From Polyangia bacterium (GTDB lineage Bacteria; Myxococcota_A; Polyangia; Fen-1088): DNA of 64,000 bases. How positions within the stretch are numbered: position 1 is the stretch's first letter; each line of letters begins with the position of its first letter. The notes under the pieces are model-generated. The model was given only the letters and a program-made list of their open reading frames with translations, did not search any database and was not told the origin of the DNA. The translations under genes were made by a program, and so were the position numbers. The stretch spans positions 404 through 64,403 of the forward strand of contig DATJWP010000188.1 of the NCBI GenBank assembly GCA_035578045.1, read 5' to 3'. Shown here in pieces: positions 1 to 10,388 of this stretch.

Positions 1-293
1 CGCCTCCTGCTCCGGCTCCCAGTGTCGCGCCGGCCCCACCCGCCCCGGTCGCGGCTGCCACGCAGCCGCCGGCCACCGCGCCGACGCCGCCTCCGGCCGC
101 GGCCGCCGCTCCCCCTGCTCCGCCGGAGCCAGCGATGGGCGGAACCGGCCCGTCACCGGAAACCCACCCGCTGGTGAAGCGCGCGGCCCGCCCCCCCGTT
201 CACAAGTTCGCGACTGCCTCGCCGACCTCCCCGGCCCCCAAGCCCGCCCGCGCCAAGGTCGCCAAGGGCTGGGTGGATCCGTTCGCCGAGTGA
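1..293 (+). CDS. 3' end of a Pro/Ala-rich protein (partial, runs off the window start)
   Basis: Frame 3 is open from the window edge to TGA 291-293. Translation is PPAPAPSVAPAPPAPV...AKVAKGWVDPFAE, with G/C-rich third positions. Confidence 0.45.
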   Translation, partial: PPAPAPSVAPAPPAPVAAATQPPATAPTPPPAAAAAPPAPPEPAMGGTGPSPETHPLVKRAARPPVHKFATASPTSPAPKPARAKVAKGWVDPFAE

Positions 294-402
294 GCGTGTT
301 GATGTAACGGTCGCCGAGCTCGGCGCGCGCCGGGCAGGCGACGTCCCTGCGCGTGCGCCGCCCTTGACGCTTCGACGGAAAAGCGACATACAGACGTCAC
401 TT

Positions 403-475
403 GCGGGATTAACTCAGTTGGTAGAGTGTCAGCTTCCCAAGCTGAATGTCGCCGGTTCGAGCCCGGTATCCCGCT
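403..475 (+). tRNA. tRNA-Gly (anticodon CCC)
   Basis: The cloverleaf folds by hand: acceptor GCGGGAT/ATCCCGC, D-stem ACTC/GAGT, anticodon stem TCAGC/GCTGA with loop TTCCCAA, T-stem GCCGG/CCGGT, T-loop TTCGAGC, discriminator T. CCA is not encoded. Confidence 0.9.
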
Positions 476-564
476 CAAGGAAACGGAGATTCGCCTCCGG
501 GCCCCGAGCGTTTCACCCCGACGCCTCGGGTGATCGATCAGCCCGGACCGGCAGCGCGCGCCGT

Positions 565-617
565 TGCGTTCAACGTTCTGGCAACGTTCATTGCGGGCGC
601 ATGCAACGTTCGTTCGC
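565..617. promoter_or_regulatory. Three phased copies of CAACGTTC (palindromic AACGTT core); candidate operator array
   Basis: CAACGTTC occurs at 571-578, 582-589 and 604-611, with start-to-start spacing of 11 and 22 bp. The array lies in the intergenic region between tRNA-Gly and the EPS locus. Confidence 0.3.
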
Positions 618-881
618 GCCCATCGCGTGAGCCCGTAACCGCATCGGCATTTTGCGATTCGACGGCCGGCCACCCGACGGCTCCAGCCTGAACCCTAGGA
701 AGACCGGACGGGACCTTCACCCGCCGTTCTTTTCCACACTGTCAAAGGACTTATTACGTACGAGTTAAATCTCCGTCAACTACGCAGAGATCTTCTGTGG
801 GCCCCTTGACCACCCCCGGTGTCAGTGATTCATTTGCATCACCGTCGCCAGATCAGAACGAGAGGGAAGGGCGGGAGGCAG

Positions 882-2279
882 ATGCTCAAGCACTACAGGC
901 TAACGATCGCGGCAACCGACCGGGTGATGGACGTGGCCCTGGTGGCGGGAATCTGGCTGGCATCCTTCTGGCTGCGGTTTCACGTGCCCCTGGTGGCGGT
1001 GACCAAAGGTTTCCCGGCTTTTTCGACGTACGCCGCCCTGACCCCGCTGGTGATCGCCATCTGGGGCCTCGTCTTCCAGGCCCACGGCGTCTACGAACCC
1101 CGGCGGTTCCTGCGTGGAAAGTCGCAGTCGGCGATGCTTCTGAGGGCGCACGCCACGGCGCTGCTCTGCTTTATCGCGCTCACCTATATTTTCAGCGAGT
1201 ACAGATATTCGCGCGGCGTCCTCGTCTACTTCGCCCTGTTTGGCGGGGTGACCCTGGTGATCGCGCGGAAGCTTGTGCGCAACGTCTTCACCCTGCTTCG
1301 CCGGCGTTCCGGCCAGCGCGGGGTCCTCCTGGTCGGCGAAGGGCCGTCCGTGGAGCTGCTGATTCGCCGGATCGATCGCTGCCCCGAGCTCGGGATCAGC
1401 GTCGTCGGCGTCCTCGTCTCCGCCGATTCGTCCGCCGAGCAGATCGGCGACAGACCGGTTGTGGGACGGTACGACGAGGTCGTGTCCGCCATCGAGCGGA
1501 CCGGGGCCGACCAGGTTCTGGTGGCACTACCAAGACAGCAATGGAGTGAGCTGGAGGGCCTCCTGGCACAGATCAGCGAGGACACCGTTGACGTCCAGAT
1601 CATTCCGGATATCCACGAGTTTGTAACGATCGGCTGTCAGGTCGAGGACTTCGACGGCATGCCCGTGGTCCGTTTGAACCCTTCCCCTTTGATGGGCTGG
1701 AGCGCCTTCCTGAAGCGGACCACCGACGTCATGTTGTCCATGGTGGCGCTGATCTTCCTGGCGCCCGTCATGCTGGCGATCGCCGCGATCGTCAAGGCGA
1801 CGTCAAACGGCCCGATCATCTACGGGCAGGACCGGATGGGTCTGGATGGTCGAGTGTTCCGGATGTACAAGTTCCGCACCATGCGCCAGGACGCCGAAGC
1901 CAGCAGCGGACCGGTTTGGGCGCGACCTCGCGACGATCGCCGGACGCCGGTCGGCTCCTTCCTTCGTTCGACCAGCCTGGATGAGCTTCCGCAGTTCTGG
2001 AACGTCCTGACCGGCGACATGTCCCTGGTCGGTCCGCGACCCGAACGCCCCGTGTTCGTCCAGCAGTTCCGCCGCGACATCTCGCATTACATGCTGCGCC
2101 ACAAGGTCAAAGCGGGCATCACCGGCTGGGCCCAGGTCAGCGGCTGGCGGGGCAATACGTCGCTCGATGCCCGGATCCGTTGCGACCTCGATTACATTCG
2201 GGATTGGACGTTGTTTCTCGACCTCAAGATACTCGTGCTGACGGTCTGGAAAGGATTCGTCAACAAGAACGCTTACTGA
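882..2279 (+). CDS. Polyprenyl-phosphate hexose-1-phosphate transferase (WbaP/WcaJ/EpsZ-type priming bacterial sugar transferase)
   Basis: N-terminal TM helices, and a C-terminal bacterial sugar transferase motif block (RMYKFRTM, DELPQFWNVLTGDMSLVGPRPERP). I prefer ATG 882, which follows GGGAGG, over the GTG 819 of the track. Confidence 0.85.
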   Translation: MLKHYRLTIAATDRVMDVALVAGIWLASFWLRFHVPLVAVTKGFPAFSTYAALTPLVIAIWGLVFQAHGVYEPRRFLRGKSQSAMLLRAHATALLCFIALTYIFSEYRYSRGVLVYFALFGGVTLVIARKLVRNVFTLLRRRSGQRGVLLVGEGPSVELLIRRIDRCPELGISVVGVLVSADSSAEQIGDRPVVGRYDEVVSAIERTGADQVLVALPRQQWSELEGLLAQISEDTVDVQIIPDIHEFVTIGCQVEDFDGMPVVRLNPSPLMGWSAFLKRTTDVMLSMVALIFLAPVMLAIAAIVKATSNGPIIYGQDRMGLDGRVFRMYKFRTMRQDAEASSGPVWARPRDDRRTPVGSFLRSTSLDELPQFWNVLTGDMSLVGPRPERPVFVQQFRRDISHYMLRHKVKAGITGWAQVSGWRGNTSLDARIRCDLDYIRDWTLFLDLKILVLTVWKGFVNKNAY

Positions 2280-2286
2280 TTATCAG

Positions 2287-2309
2287 CCATTGAGTACGCT
2301 ATTCAATGG
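2287..2309. terminator. Hairpin between convergent genes (CCATTGA-9 nt loop-TCAATGG)
   Basis: Perfect 7-bp inverted repeat immediately after the stop at 2279. There is no clear U-tract, and it overlaps the 3' end of the minus-strand ORF. Confidence 0.25.
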
Positions 2310-2958
2310 TCGGAGGTAGCGTGGAGTCAGGGTCGTTTTGACGAGGGGTTTCCCGTTCGTCGACGTCTGTCCGCACTGGCCGCTTGTGATGTTGTGGAGC
2401 GGACAATTTTCGGGGTCCGACCTCAGTTCGAGATGCTGGACGTGGGGGGGTGGATGTCTGCTGTGACGGGTTTGGATATTCCGGTGCTTGCAACGCGGCG
2501 GCCGGCATCGATTTCTTCGGGAGAAGTGACGCGGCCGACGCCGGTGGCGCCCCCGCAGGCCCATGGATGAGCTTTCGCCGCATGCCTTCGTCATGCTCCG
2601 GGAGCACAAACCAGGTGGCGCCCACCGCGACGAGCGCGACCGCAACCGCGAGCATTCGCCACCCGAAGCGTTTGACGGGCGAAGGTTCGTCGAGGTCGCC
2701 GGGCCGAGGCTCTTGCTCGGCTGGCGACATATGGCGCAACGACTGCCCGATCTCGAAGCCGCCACCGGATCCTTGAACCTGTTCGCCCAGTCCGACCTCC
2801 ACGCTTTGATTGGCGGCGGCCGTCACAGGCGGAGTCAGGGCATCCTCGTCGAGTCCCTCCAGCGATGAAGCGAGTTTTCTGTCCTCCACGTTCTCCCTTG
2901 ACGCCGACTCGTCATCCTGGCTTTCGTCGCCGAAGCCGTGGAGAGGCCTGCCCTGCAC
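2299..2958 (-). CDS. Hypothetical single-pass membrane protein (acidic N-terminus, Pro-rich C-terminus)
   Basis: 219-aa ORF with one clear TM helix (WRMLAVAVALVAVGATWFVL). No recognisable family. Competing overlapping ORFs are shorter. Confidence 0.4.
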   Translation of the reverse strand: MQGRPLHGFGDESQDDESASRENVEDRKLASSLEGLDEDALTPPVTAAANQSVEVGLGEQVQGSGGGFEIGQSLRHMSPAEQEPRPGDLDEPSPVKRFGWRMLAVAVALVAVGATWFVLPEHDEGMRRKLIHGPAGAPPASAASLLPKKSMPAAALQAPEYPNPSQQTSTPPRPASRTEVGPRKLSAPQHHKRPVRTDVDERETPRQNDPDSTLPPTIE

Positions 2959-3045
2959 ATTCGGAAGTTACCACACTGAACGCCCCCCGTGTGGCTGCAT
3001 GCGCTGCGTCCGGAGCCAACCAACGGCGCTTCTCGAACTTGTCTG

Positions 3046-6000
3046 ATGGCAACGCCTTCCCTTTTTGTCTACGCTGATCCACCAATGGGTGAACAATCCC
3101 CGGTCCCCGATCGCGCGTCAACGAGCGATACGGGGGGTTATCCGTTGACTCCGATGCAAGCAGGCATGCTCTTTAGCTCGCTCGTTGCGCCTTCCGCTGG
3201 GTACGATATCGGTCAAGTTGATCTGACGCTTCGCGAACACCTGGACGCCGCCGCGCTGGCGCAGGCCTGGACGTCGGTGGCTCGGCGCCATTGGGCCCTG
3301 TCCTGCCGCGTCGTTTGGGACCGTTTCGACGAGCCGAGGCAGATTCCCGTCCCAGGTGTCTTCGTGCCCGTGGAGGTCATCGACTGCGACGGAGCCGGGC
3401 CCACGGCTATCGAGCAGCAGATCGCGCTCTTCTGCCAGCAGGATCGTTTGCGGGGATTCGATCTTGCCAAGGCTCCGCTGATGCGGGTGACCCTGTTCCA
3501 GGCGGCCGGAGCGCCAACCCGCTTCATCTGCACCTTCCACTACATCCTGATGGACGGCCAGAGCCTGCCTATGGTCCTCACGGAGGTGTTTGCGGTATAC
3601 GATCGTATCCGGCAGGGGGCAACGCCTTCTGGCGCGCCGCCAGCCGGATCGTTTGGGGAGTACGTGCAGTCGCTCGCGCGGCGCGACCGCTCCGCGGGTC
3701 ACGCTCACTTTCGTAAGCTCCTCGAGGGACGAGCGGTTCCGACGAGGCTGGCATTTGCGGAGCTGCCCGATCCGGTCACGGCCGGAGGGGCGCACGCCGT
3801 CATCACGCGTACAACGACCGAGGCGCAGTCCGATGCGATCCGGGCGCTGGCGCGGAGGACTGCGACCAGTGTCGCAGCCGTGGCCCATGCCGCGTGGGCT
3901 CTGGCTCTGTCGCGCTACGCGACCGAGACCGACGTTCTATTCGGAACGGCGTTCTCCGATCGATCCTCGGCGCTGGACGGCGGGGCAGCCTCGATGGTTG
4001 GCCTCATGATCAACGTGCTGCCGATTCGAGCGCACTGCGACGATGAGAGGACCGTGGCCCAGCTTCTATCGGAGCTGGAAGGGCAGCTCGCTTCTCTGCG
4101 CGTTCACGGCCATACGCCCCTCCGGGAGATCGGCGGTCACAACGCCGGGGTTGTGGGTCGCTACTCGCTCGAGACGCTACTGATCGTCGAGCCGGAAGAC
4201 CTTGGCTCCGCCCTCGAACGGATGGGAGGCGAGGCCTGGCGGCATCGCGCGTGCCGGCTATACGAGCAACCGATCGTACCGCTGGCCGTCAAGGTAGCCG
4301 CCGGAACACGGATTAGCGTCCAGGTCCTGTTGGACCTACGCCACTATCGCCAGACCGCGGTCGAACGGCTCGTGACGTCATTCATGCTTGCGTTGGACGA
4401 GCTAGCACGGGATGAAACCCGCGCCCTGGGAGCGGTTTCGGTGATCCCGCCGGGAGACCTGGAAACGACCCGCCGTGTCTGGAATGCGACAAACAGACGA
4501 TTCTCCGATCAACTCCTCGTCCACCAGCTGTTCGAGGCGCAGGTCGGGTCCCGTGGCCAAGCGGTGGCCGTTGAACACGAAGGAGACGCTCTCTCGTATG
4601 AACAGCTGGAGGAGCGTGCGAACCGGGTGGCCCACGCCCTGATTGCCCGCGGGGTGGGTCCCGGCGCTTACGTCGGCATCTGCCTCAGTCGGCGCCCCAG
4701 CTTGGTCGCGGCCATCCTGGGCGTGCTGAAGTCGGGCGCCGCCTACGTGCCACTCGATTCTCAATATCCCCCGGCCCGCCTCGCCGCCATGACCGAAAGC
4801 GTGCACGCCACCCTCCTCGTGACCGAGCAAAGACACGCCCACCTGTTTCCGGAGCTCCCGCAGCTCCTTTTGGATGATGACGACTCCGCCCTCCTGAAGT
4901 TCGCCGAGACCCGACCCGCGATCGAGACGACGCCCTCCGAAGTCTGTTGCGTGTTCTTCACATCTGGCAGCACAGGCACGCCGAACGGCGTGATGGTTTC
5001 GCACCGCGCGATGGTCAACACACTGGAGTGGGTGACCCGTGAGTTCTCCGTCAGGCCCGGCGATCGGCTGCTCTTCGTGACGTCTCCCTGCTTCGACCTC
5101 TCCGTCTACGACATTCTCGGCACCCTCGGTGCAGGTGGCACGGTCGTGATCGCAAACGAGGATCTCCTCCGCAGCCCTTCCGCCCTGGCGAACGCCGTCA
5201 CCGGGCGAGCAATTACGATCTGGAATTCGGCTCCCGCCGCCCTGAACCGCATCCTGCCATTTTTGGCCCCCTTGGCCGCGCCCACGCTTCGTTTGGTGCT
5301 GTCGAGCGGCGATCGGATGCCGACCACCTTGCCGGGCGCGATCCGGGCCCTGTTTCCGGCGGCCGAGATCGTGAATCTTGGTGGCGCCACCGAAGCCGCC
5401 ATCTGGTCGAACTGGTTCCGGGTGAGGGACGTCGATCTCGGCTCTCCCCGAATCCCGTACGGCTGGCCGATCCAGAACTGTCGCTACTACATTCTGGACA
5501 GGGCACTCCGTTCCGTCCCGGTCGGGGTCACCGGAGACCTCTACATCGCCGGGGTCTGCCTGGCCGAGGGGTACCTCAACAATCCCGAGCTCACGGATCG
5601 GCGTTTTCTAATCGACCCTGCGGAGCCCCACGACCGGCTCTACAGAACGGGCGACGTCGCTCGCTACCTAGAGGATGGAACGCTCGATCTGATCGGCCGC
5701 GAGGACCAGCAGATCAAGATCCGAGGGTTCCGCGTGGAGATCGGCGAGGTCGAAGCGGCCTTGGCAGGGATGCCGGGGATCACGCACGCGATCTGCGTCC
5801 CATACCAAGATTCACTGGGTGACCGGTTCCTGGTGGCGTACGTCGTGCCCGCCAATCCGGCCACCGTGAACGCGCAATCCATCAAGGAGTTTCTCGCCCG
5901 GCACCTTCCCGACTTTATGATCCCCGCGCAGATCGTTTTCCTGAAGGAACTTCCCCTCTCGTCGAACGGCAAGCTCGACAGGGCGGCCTTGCGGCGGGAC

Positions 6001-7095
6001 CTGAACCGCGACACGGACACGTTCGTCGCGCCTCGCACGGAACAGGAACGTCGGGTAGCGAACATCTGGGAGCGCCTGCTCGATTTTCGTCCGATCGGCG
6101 TCAACGACGATTTCTTCGAGCGCGGAGGCCACTCGCTCCTCGCTGTCGCCTTCGTCGCGGCGGCCCAAGCCGAGCTGAACCTGGCCATTCCCCTCGAAAG
6201 GCTGATGGAGCGCCCAACGATCGCCTCGCTATTGCGGCAACCCAGCCGTTCGGACAGAGCCGCCGACTCCAAGCGATTTCTGCTCTTCAACATGCACGGA
6301 CACCGGCCCCCGCTGGTCCTGCTCCCGGAGCTTCGCGGCCGAATTTACGTTTACCGCGATCTGCCGAAGTCCTTCGGGACGGAACAGCCGGTCTTACTGG
6401 GCCAACCCGTCGGCGGCGAACCCGAAGATTCGGACATCGAACCGACGATCGAACGGATCGCGGAGATCTACGCCGCCGAGCTGAACCGACTCGTGCCAGA
6501 GGGCCCGATCATCGTGGGCGGGTTCAGCTTCGGCACCACAGTGGCACTCGAGCTGGTGCACCGATTGCGCCAGGCCGGCCGACGGGTGCCGCTGCTCGTG
6601 AGCCTCGACGGACTGGCGCCGGGCTACCCGGCGGCTCTGCCGCTGCCGGCTCGTCTGCTCGCGCACCTGAAGTACGCGGTCGGCGCTCCTGCAGCCACAC
6701 GCCCCCTGTACATCGCCGACCGCTTGGCATCGGCACGAAAGATCCTGTATCGCGCACTGGGTCACGAACACTTGCTGTTTCCGGAGAACCTGTCGGCCCC
6801 GCCAGAAACAATCAAACGGCACATGCGGATCTATCGGCTCAACATGCGGGCGATCAGTTGCTATCGCCCGGCCTTCAAAGAGCCCGGCCCGTTCCTGCTG
6901 CTCCGAGCGGAACGGCCCGAACGCTGGGTCGGAATCGAATCCGAGGAGCCAGACCACGGCTGGCGGCAGTTCGTCACGGGCGCGATAACGATCGAGACGT
7001 TACCCGGCGAGCACCTTACAATCATGCGCCCCAGCAATCATCGTTTGGTTGCCGAGAAGATATCATCCGGAATTGACAGATTGGCCAAATTTTAA
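3046..7095 (+). CDS. Single-module nonribosomal peptide synthetase, C-A-T-TE
   Basis: C domain: YPLTPMQAGMLF, and FHYILMDGQS at 3538-3558. A domain: FFTSGSTGTPNGV, FDLSVYD, NLGGATEAAIWS, YRTGDVARY, IKIRGFRVEIGEVE, SSNGKLDR. PCP: FFERGGHSLLAV, Ser codon 6133-6135. TE: GGFSFG (Ser codon 6526-6528), LVSLDG, PGEHLTI. The start is uncertain (GTG 2989, ATG 3046 or ATG 3085). Confidence 0.9.
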   Translation: MATPSLFVYADPPMGEQSPVPDRASTSDTGGYPLTPMQAGMLFSSLVAPSAGYDIGQVDLTLREHLDAAALAQAWTSVARRHWALSCRVVWDRFDEPRQIPVPGVFVPVEVIDCDGAGPTAIEQQIALFCQQDRLRGFDLAKAPLMRVTLFQAAGAPTRFICTFHYILMDGQSLPMVLTEVFAVYDRIRQGATPSGAPPAGSFGEYVQSLARRDRSAGHAHFRKLLEGRAVPTRLAFAELPDPVTAGGAHAVITRTTTEAQSDAIRALARRTATSVAAVAHAAWALALSRYATETDVLFGTAFSDRSSALDGGAASMVGLMINVLPIRAHCDDERTVAQLLSELEGQLASLRVHGHTPLREIGGHNAGVVGRYSLETLLIVEPEDLGSALERMGGEAWRHRACRLYEQPIVPLAVKVAAGTRISVQVLLDLRHYRQTAVERLVTSFMLALDELARDETRALGAVSVIPPGDLETTRRVWNATNRRFSDQLLVHQLFEAQVGSRGQAVAVEHEGDALSYEQLEERANRVAHALIARGVGPGAYVGICLSRRPSLVAAILGVLKSGAAYVPLDSQYPPARLAAMTESVHATLLVTEQRHAHLFPELPQLLLDDDDSALLKFAETRPAIETTPSEVCCVFFTSGSTGTPNGVMVSHRAMVNTLEWVTREFSVRPGDRLLFVTSPCFDLSVYDILGTLGAGGTVVIANEDLLRSPSALANAVTGRAITIWNSAPAALNRILPFLAPLAAPTLRLVLSSGDRMPTTLPGAIRALFPAAEIVNLGGATEAAIWSNWFRVRDVDLGSPRIPYGWPIQNCRYYILDRALRSVPVGVTGDLYIAGVCLAEGYLNNPELTDRRFLIDPAEPHDRLYRTGDVARYLEDGTLDLIGREDQQIKIRGFRVEIGEVEAALAGMPGITHAICVPYQDSLGDRFLVAYVVPANPATVNAQSIKEFLARHLPDFMIPAQIVFLKELPLSSNGKLDRAALRRDLNRDTDTFVAPRTEQERRVANIWERLLDFRPIGVNDDFFERGGHSLLAVAFVAAAQAELNLAIPLERLMERPTIASLLRQPSRSDRAADSKRFLLFNMHGHRPPLVLLPELRGRIYVYRDLPKSFGTEQPVLLGQPVGGEPEDSDIEPTIERIAEIYAAELNRLVPEGPIIVGGFSFGTTVALELVHRLRQAGRRVPLLVSLDGLAPGYPAALPLPARLLAHLKYAVGAPAATRPLYIADRLASARKILYRALGHEHLLFPENLSAPPETIKRHMRIYRLNMRAISCYRPAFKEPGPFLLLRAERPERWVGIESEEPDHGWRQFVTGAITIETLPGEHLTIMRPSNHRLVAEKISSGIDRLAKF

Positions 7096-7163
7096 GTCCG
7101 CCTCCGGAGGTTTACTTATCGCCTTGACACCTACACGGACGCACGACAGGATGTCTCTGTTGA

Positions 7164-8192
<1,029 letters not shown>

Positions 8193-8195
8193 AGA

Positions 8196-9206
8196 ATGGC
8201 GGACAAGAAGGCCCTGATCACCGGGATCACTGGCCAGGACGGCTCGTACCTGGCAGAGCTGCTCCTTGGCAAAGGCTACGAGGTGAGCGGTATCGTGCGG
8301 CGCTCGAGCTCGTTCAACACGGAACGCCTGCAATCCCACTATCAGGATCCGCACGCGTCGAGCTACCGGCTGCGCCTCATTTACGGCGACCTCGACGACG
8401 GCGCGGCAATAGCGCGGACGATCCGCGACGTAGCGCCGGACGAGATCTACAACCTGGGCGCGCAGAGCCATGTCCGCGTCAGCTTCGACGTGCCAGAGTA
8501 TACAGTCGCCAGCGTGGCGATGGGAACGCTGCGGCTGCTCGAGGCCATTCGAGACACCGGAAAGAGCGTTCGCTTCTATCAGGCATCTTCCAGCGAAATG
8601 TTCGGATCGGCGTCTCCGCCGCAGAGCGAGACGACGCCTTTCCAGCCCCAGAGTCCCTACGCCTGCGCCAAGGTCTTTGCTCACCAGCTTTGTCAGAACT
8701 ATCGGGCCGCCTATGGCCTGTTCATCTCGTGCGGAATTCTCTTCAACCATGAATCTCCGCGGCGCGGGATTCCGTTCGTCACCCGCAAGGTCACCCGGGC
8801 CGCCGCTCGGATCAAGCACGGCCTCGATCGCAAGCTGTACCTGGGCAACCTGGACGCTCGCCGCGACTGGGGCTTTGCCGGAGACTACGTCGATGCGATG
8901 TGGCGGATGCTGCAGGCCGATCGGCCTGACGACTTCGTGATCGCCACCGGCGAGTCACACAGCGTGCGAGAGCTGCTCGACGCGGCCTTCGAAGCCTTGG
9001 GCCTCGACTGGCGCGAATACGTGGAGCTCGATCCGCGCTACCTGAGGCCGACCGAGGTCGATCACCTGGAAGGAGACGCCACCAAGGCGCGGCGGGTGCT
9101 CGGATGGGAGCCACGAGTGCGTTTCAGGGATTTGATCCGGATGATGGTTCAGGCCGACGAGGAGGACATCCGTCTTTCGCTGGCCGGGCGCGCCCCACCC
9201 GCGTAA
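8196..9206 (+). CDS. gmd: GDP-mannose 4,6-dehydratase
   Basis: [56 protein letters not shown]: the classic Gmd motif set. Confidence 0.9.
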   Translation: MADKKALITGITGQDGSYLAELLLGKGYEVSGIVRRSSSFNTERLQSHYQDPHASSYRLRLIYGDLDDGAAIARTIRDVAPDEIYNLGAQSHVRVSFDVPEYTVASVAMGTLRLLEAIRDTGKSVRFYQASSSEMFGSASPPQSETTPFQPQSPYACAKVFAHQLCQNYRAAYGLFISCGILFNHESPRRGIPFVTRKVTRAAARIKHGLDRKLYLGNLDARRDWGFAGDYVDAMWRMLQADRPDDFVIATGESHSVRELLDAAFEALGLDWREYVELDPRYLRPTEVDHLEGDATKARRVLGWEPRVRFRDLIRMMVQADEEDIRLSLAGRAPPA

Positions 9207-9218
9207 CGCAGCCGCGAC

Positions 9219-10388
9219 ATGCAACGCCACAGCATCTTTCTCCAGCAACCGATTCTGCCGCCTTATCGGTTGTCGTTCGTCAAACAGCTGGCGAAGTCAC
9301 CTCTTCTGTCGACGACGGTGGCCTACGGACAGGAGCACCCGCGGTCCGCCTTGCGCAGCATCCTAAACCCAGACGGCGTGTCGGTCCGCACTTTGAGGAA
9401 TGTCTTCGTCGCGTCCGATCGGCTGATGACCGCCCAGATGGGCGCGGTGACCGCCTTCGACATCTCGCACTTCGACACCCTGATCTGCACGTTCGATCCA
9501 CGGATCGTCACCAACACACTGCTGGTGCTCAAGGCCAAGCGGCACCACGTGCCGGTCATCCTCTGGGGACACGGCATACGCCCGCGCGGTCGGTTCAAGC
9601 ACCTCTACAAGCGAGCCGCCGAGATCGCCGAGGCAGTGATCCTCTACTCGGCGAAGGGCAAACGCGAGCTGCAGGACCTGGGTGTTCCTGAAGGCAAAAT
9701 GTTCGTCGCCTGGAACTCGATCGATACGCACGTCATCGCGGGCGTGCGTGACGGTAAGCCGCTTCGCGAGCGCGACGGCATCATCTACGTGGGGCGTCTG
9801 GTTCGCGACAAGAAGATCCTGCTACTGATCAAAGGCTTCGCGCGGGCGCGTGGCTCCCTCCCGGCGGCGGCACATCTCTACATCGTCGGGTCCGGACCGA
9901 TGCGTGTGCCTGCCGAGAAGCTGGCCCGCGATCTGGGTATAGCGGCACACGTCACCTTTGCCGGCGAGACCTATCGCGAGGAAGAGGTGGCCAGCTGGAT
10001 GAATCGCTCATGGATCTCGGTCTCGCCCGGGTACATCGGGCTCAGCGTGATCCATGCCTTCGCATACGGCCTCCCGATGATCGCCGGCGATCGCGAACCA
10101 CACAGCCCCGAGGTCGAGGCCTTGCTACCCGGCAAGAATGGCGAGTTCTTTACGGCTGATGACCCGGAAGCGCTGGCCCGTTCGCTGGTATCCATTCACG
10201 CCGATCCTGCACGCTTGACCGCGATGGGTCAGGCGGCGCTCGTCACCAGCGATTTTTTCAGCGTTCGATCGATGGTCGCCGCGTTCGAGCGAGCCGTGGC
10301 TTTCGCCCATGGAGAGGGACCGCCCGATCTGGGCACCTACGGGCTCGACATCGGGCATGGCGCTCTCCACGGGGCCGCGCTGCCGTGA
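9219..10388 (+). CDS. Glycosyltransferase, GT4-like (GT-B fold)
   Basis: C-terminal half shows the GT4 pattern (FAGE...SWISVSPGYIGLSVIHAFAYGLPMIA, E-x7-E-like region). Sits in the co-oriented EPS block. Confidence 0.7.
   Translation: MQRHSIFLQQPILPPYRLSFVKQLAKSPLLSTTVAYGQEHPRSALRSILNPDGVSVRTLRNVFVASDRLMTAQMGAVTAFDISHFDTLICTFDPRIVTNTLLVLKAKRHHVPVILWGHGIRPRGRFKHLYKRAAEIAEAVILYSAKGKRELQDLGVPEGKMFVAWNSIDTHVIAGVRDGKPLRERDGIIYVGRLVRDKKILLLIKGFARARGSLPAAAHLYIVGSGPMRVPAEKLARDLGIAAHVTFAGETYREEEVASWMNRSWISVSPGYIGLSVIHAFAYGLPMIAGDREPHSPEVEALLPGKNGEFFTADDPEALARSLVSIHADPARLTAMGQAALVTSDFFSVRSMVAAFERAVAFAHGEGPPDLGTYGLDIGHGALHGAALP

Noticed and set aside
476-818. Looked for integrase, att direct repeat or phage remnants next to tRNA-Gly
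   Set aside because: There is no integrase-like ORF, and I could not find a second copy of the tRNA 3' end by eye. The island hypothesis therefore rests only on GC content and gene content.
7124-7152. TTGACA-N17-CAGGAT upstream of fcl as a sigma-70 promoter
   Set aside because: The -35 is perfect but the -10 matches only 3 of 6 positions. That is not enough to call from sequence alone.
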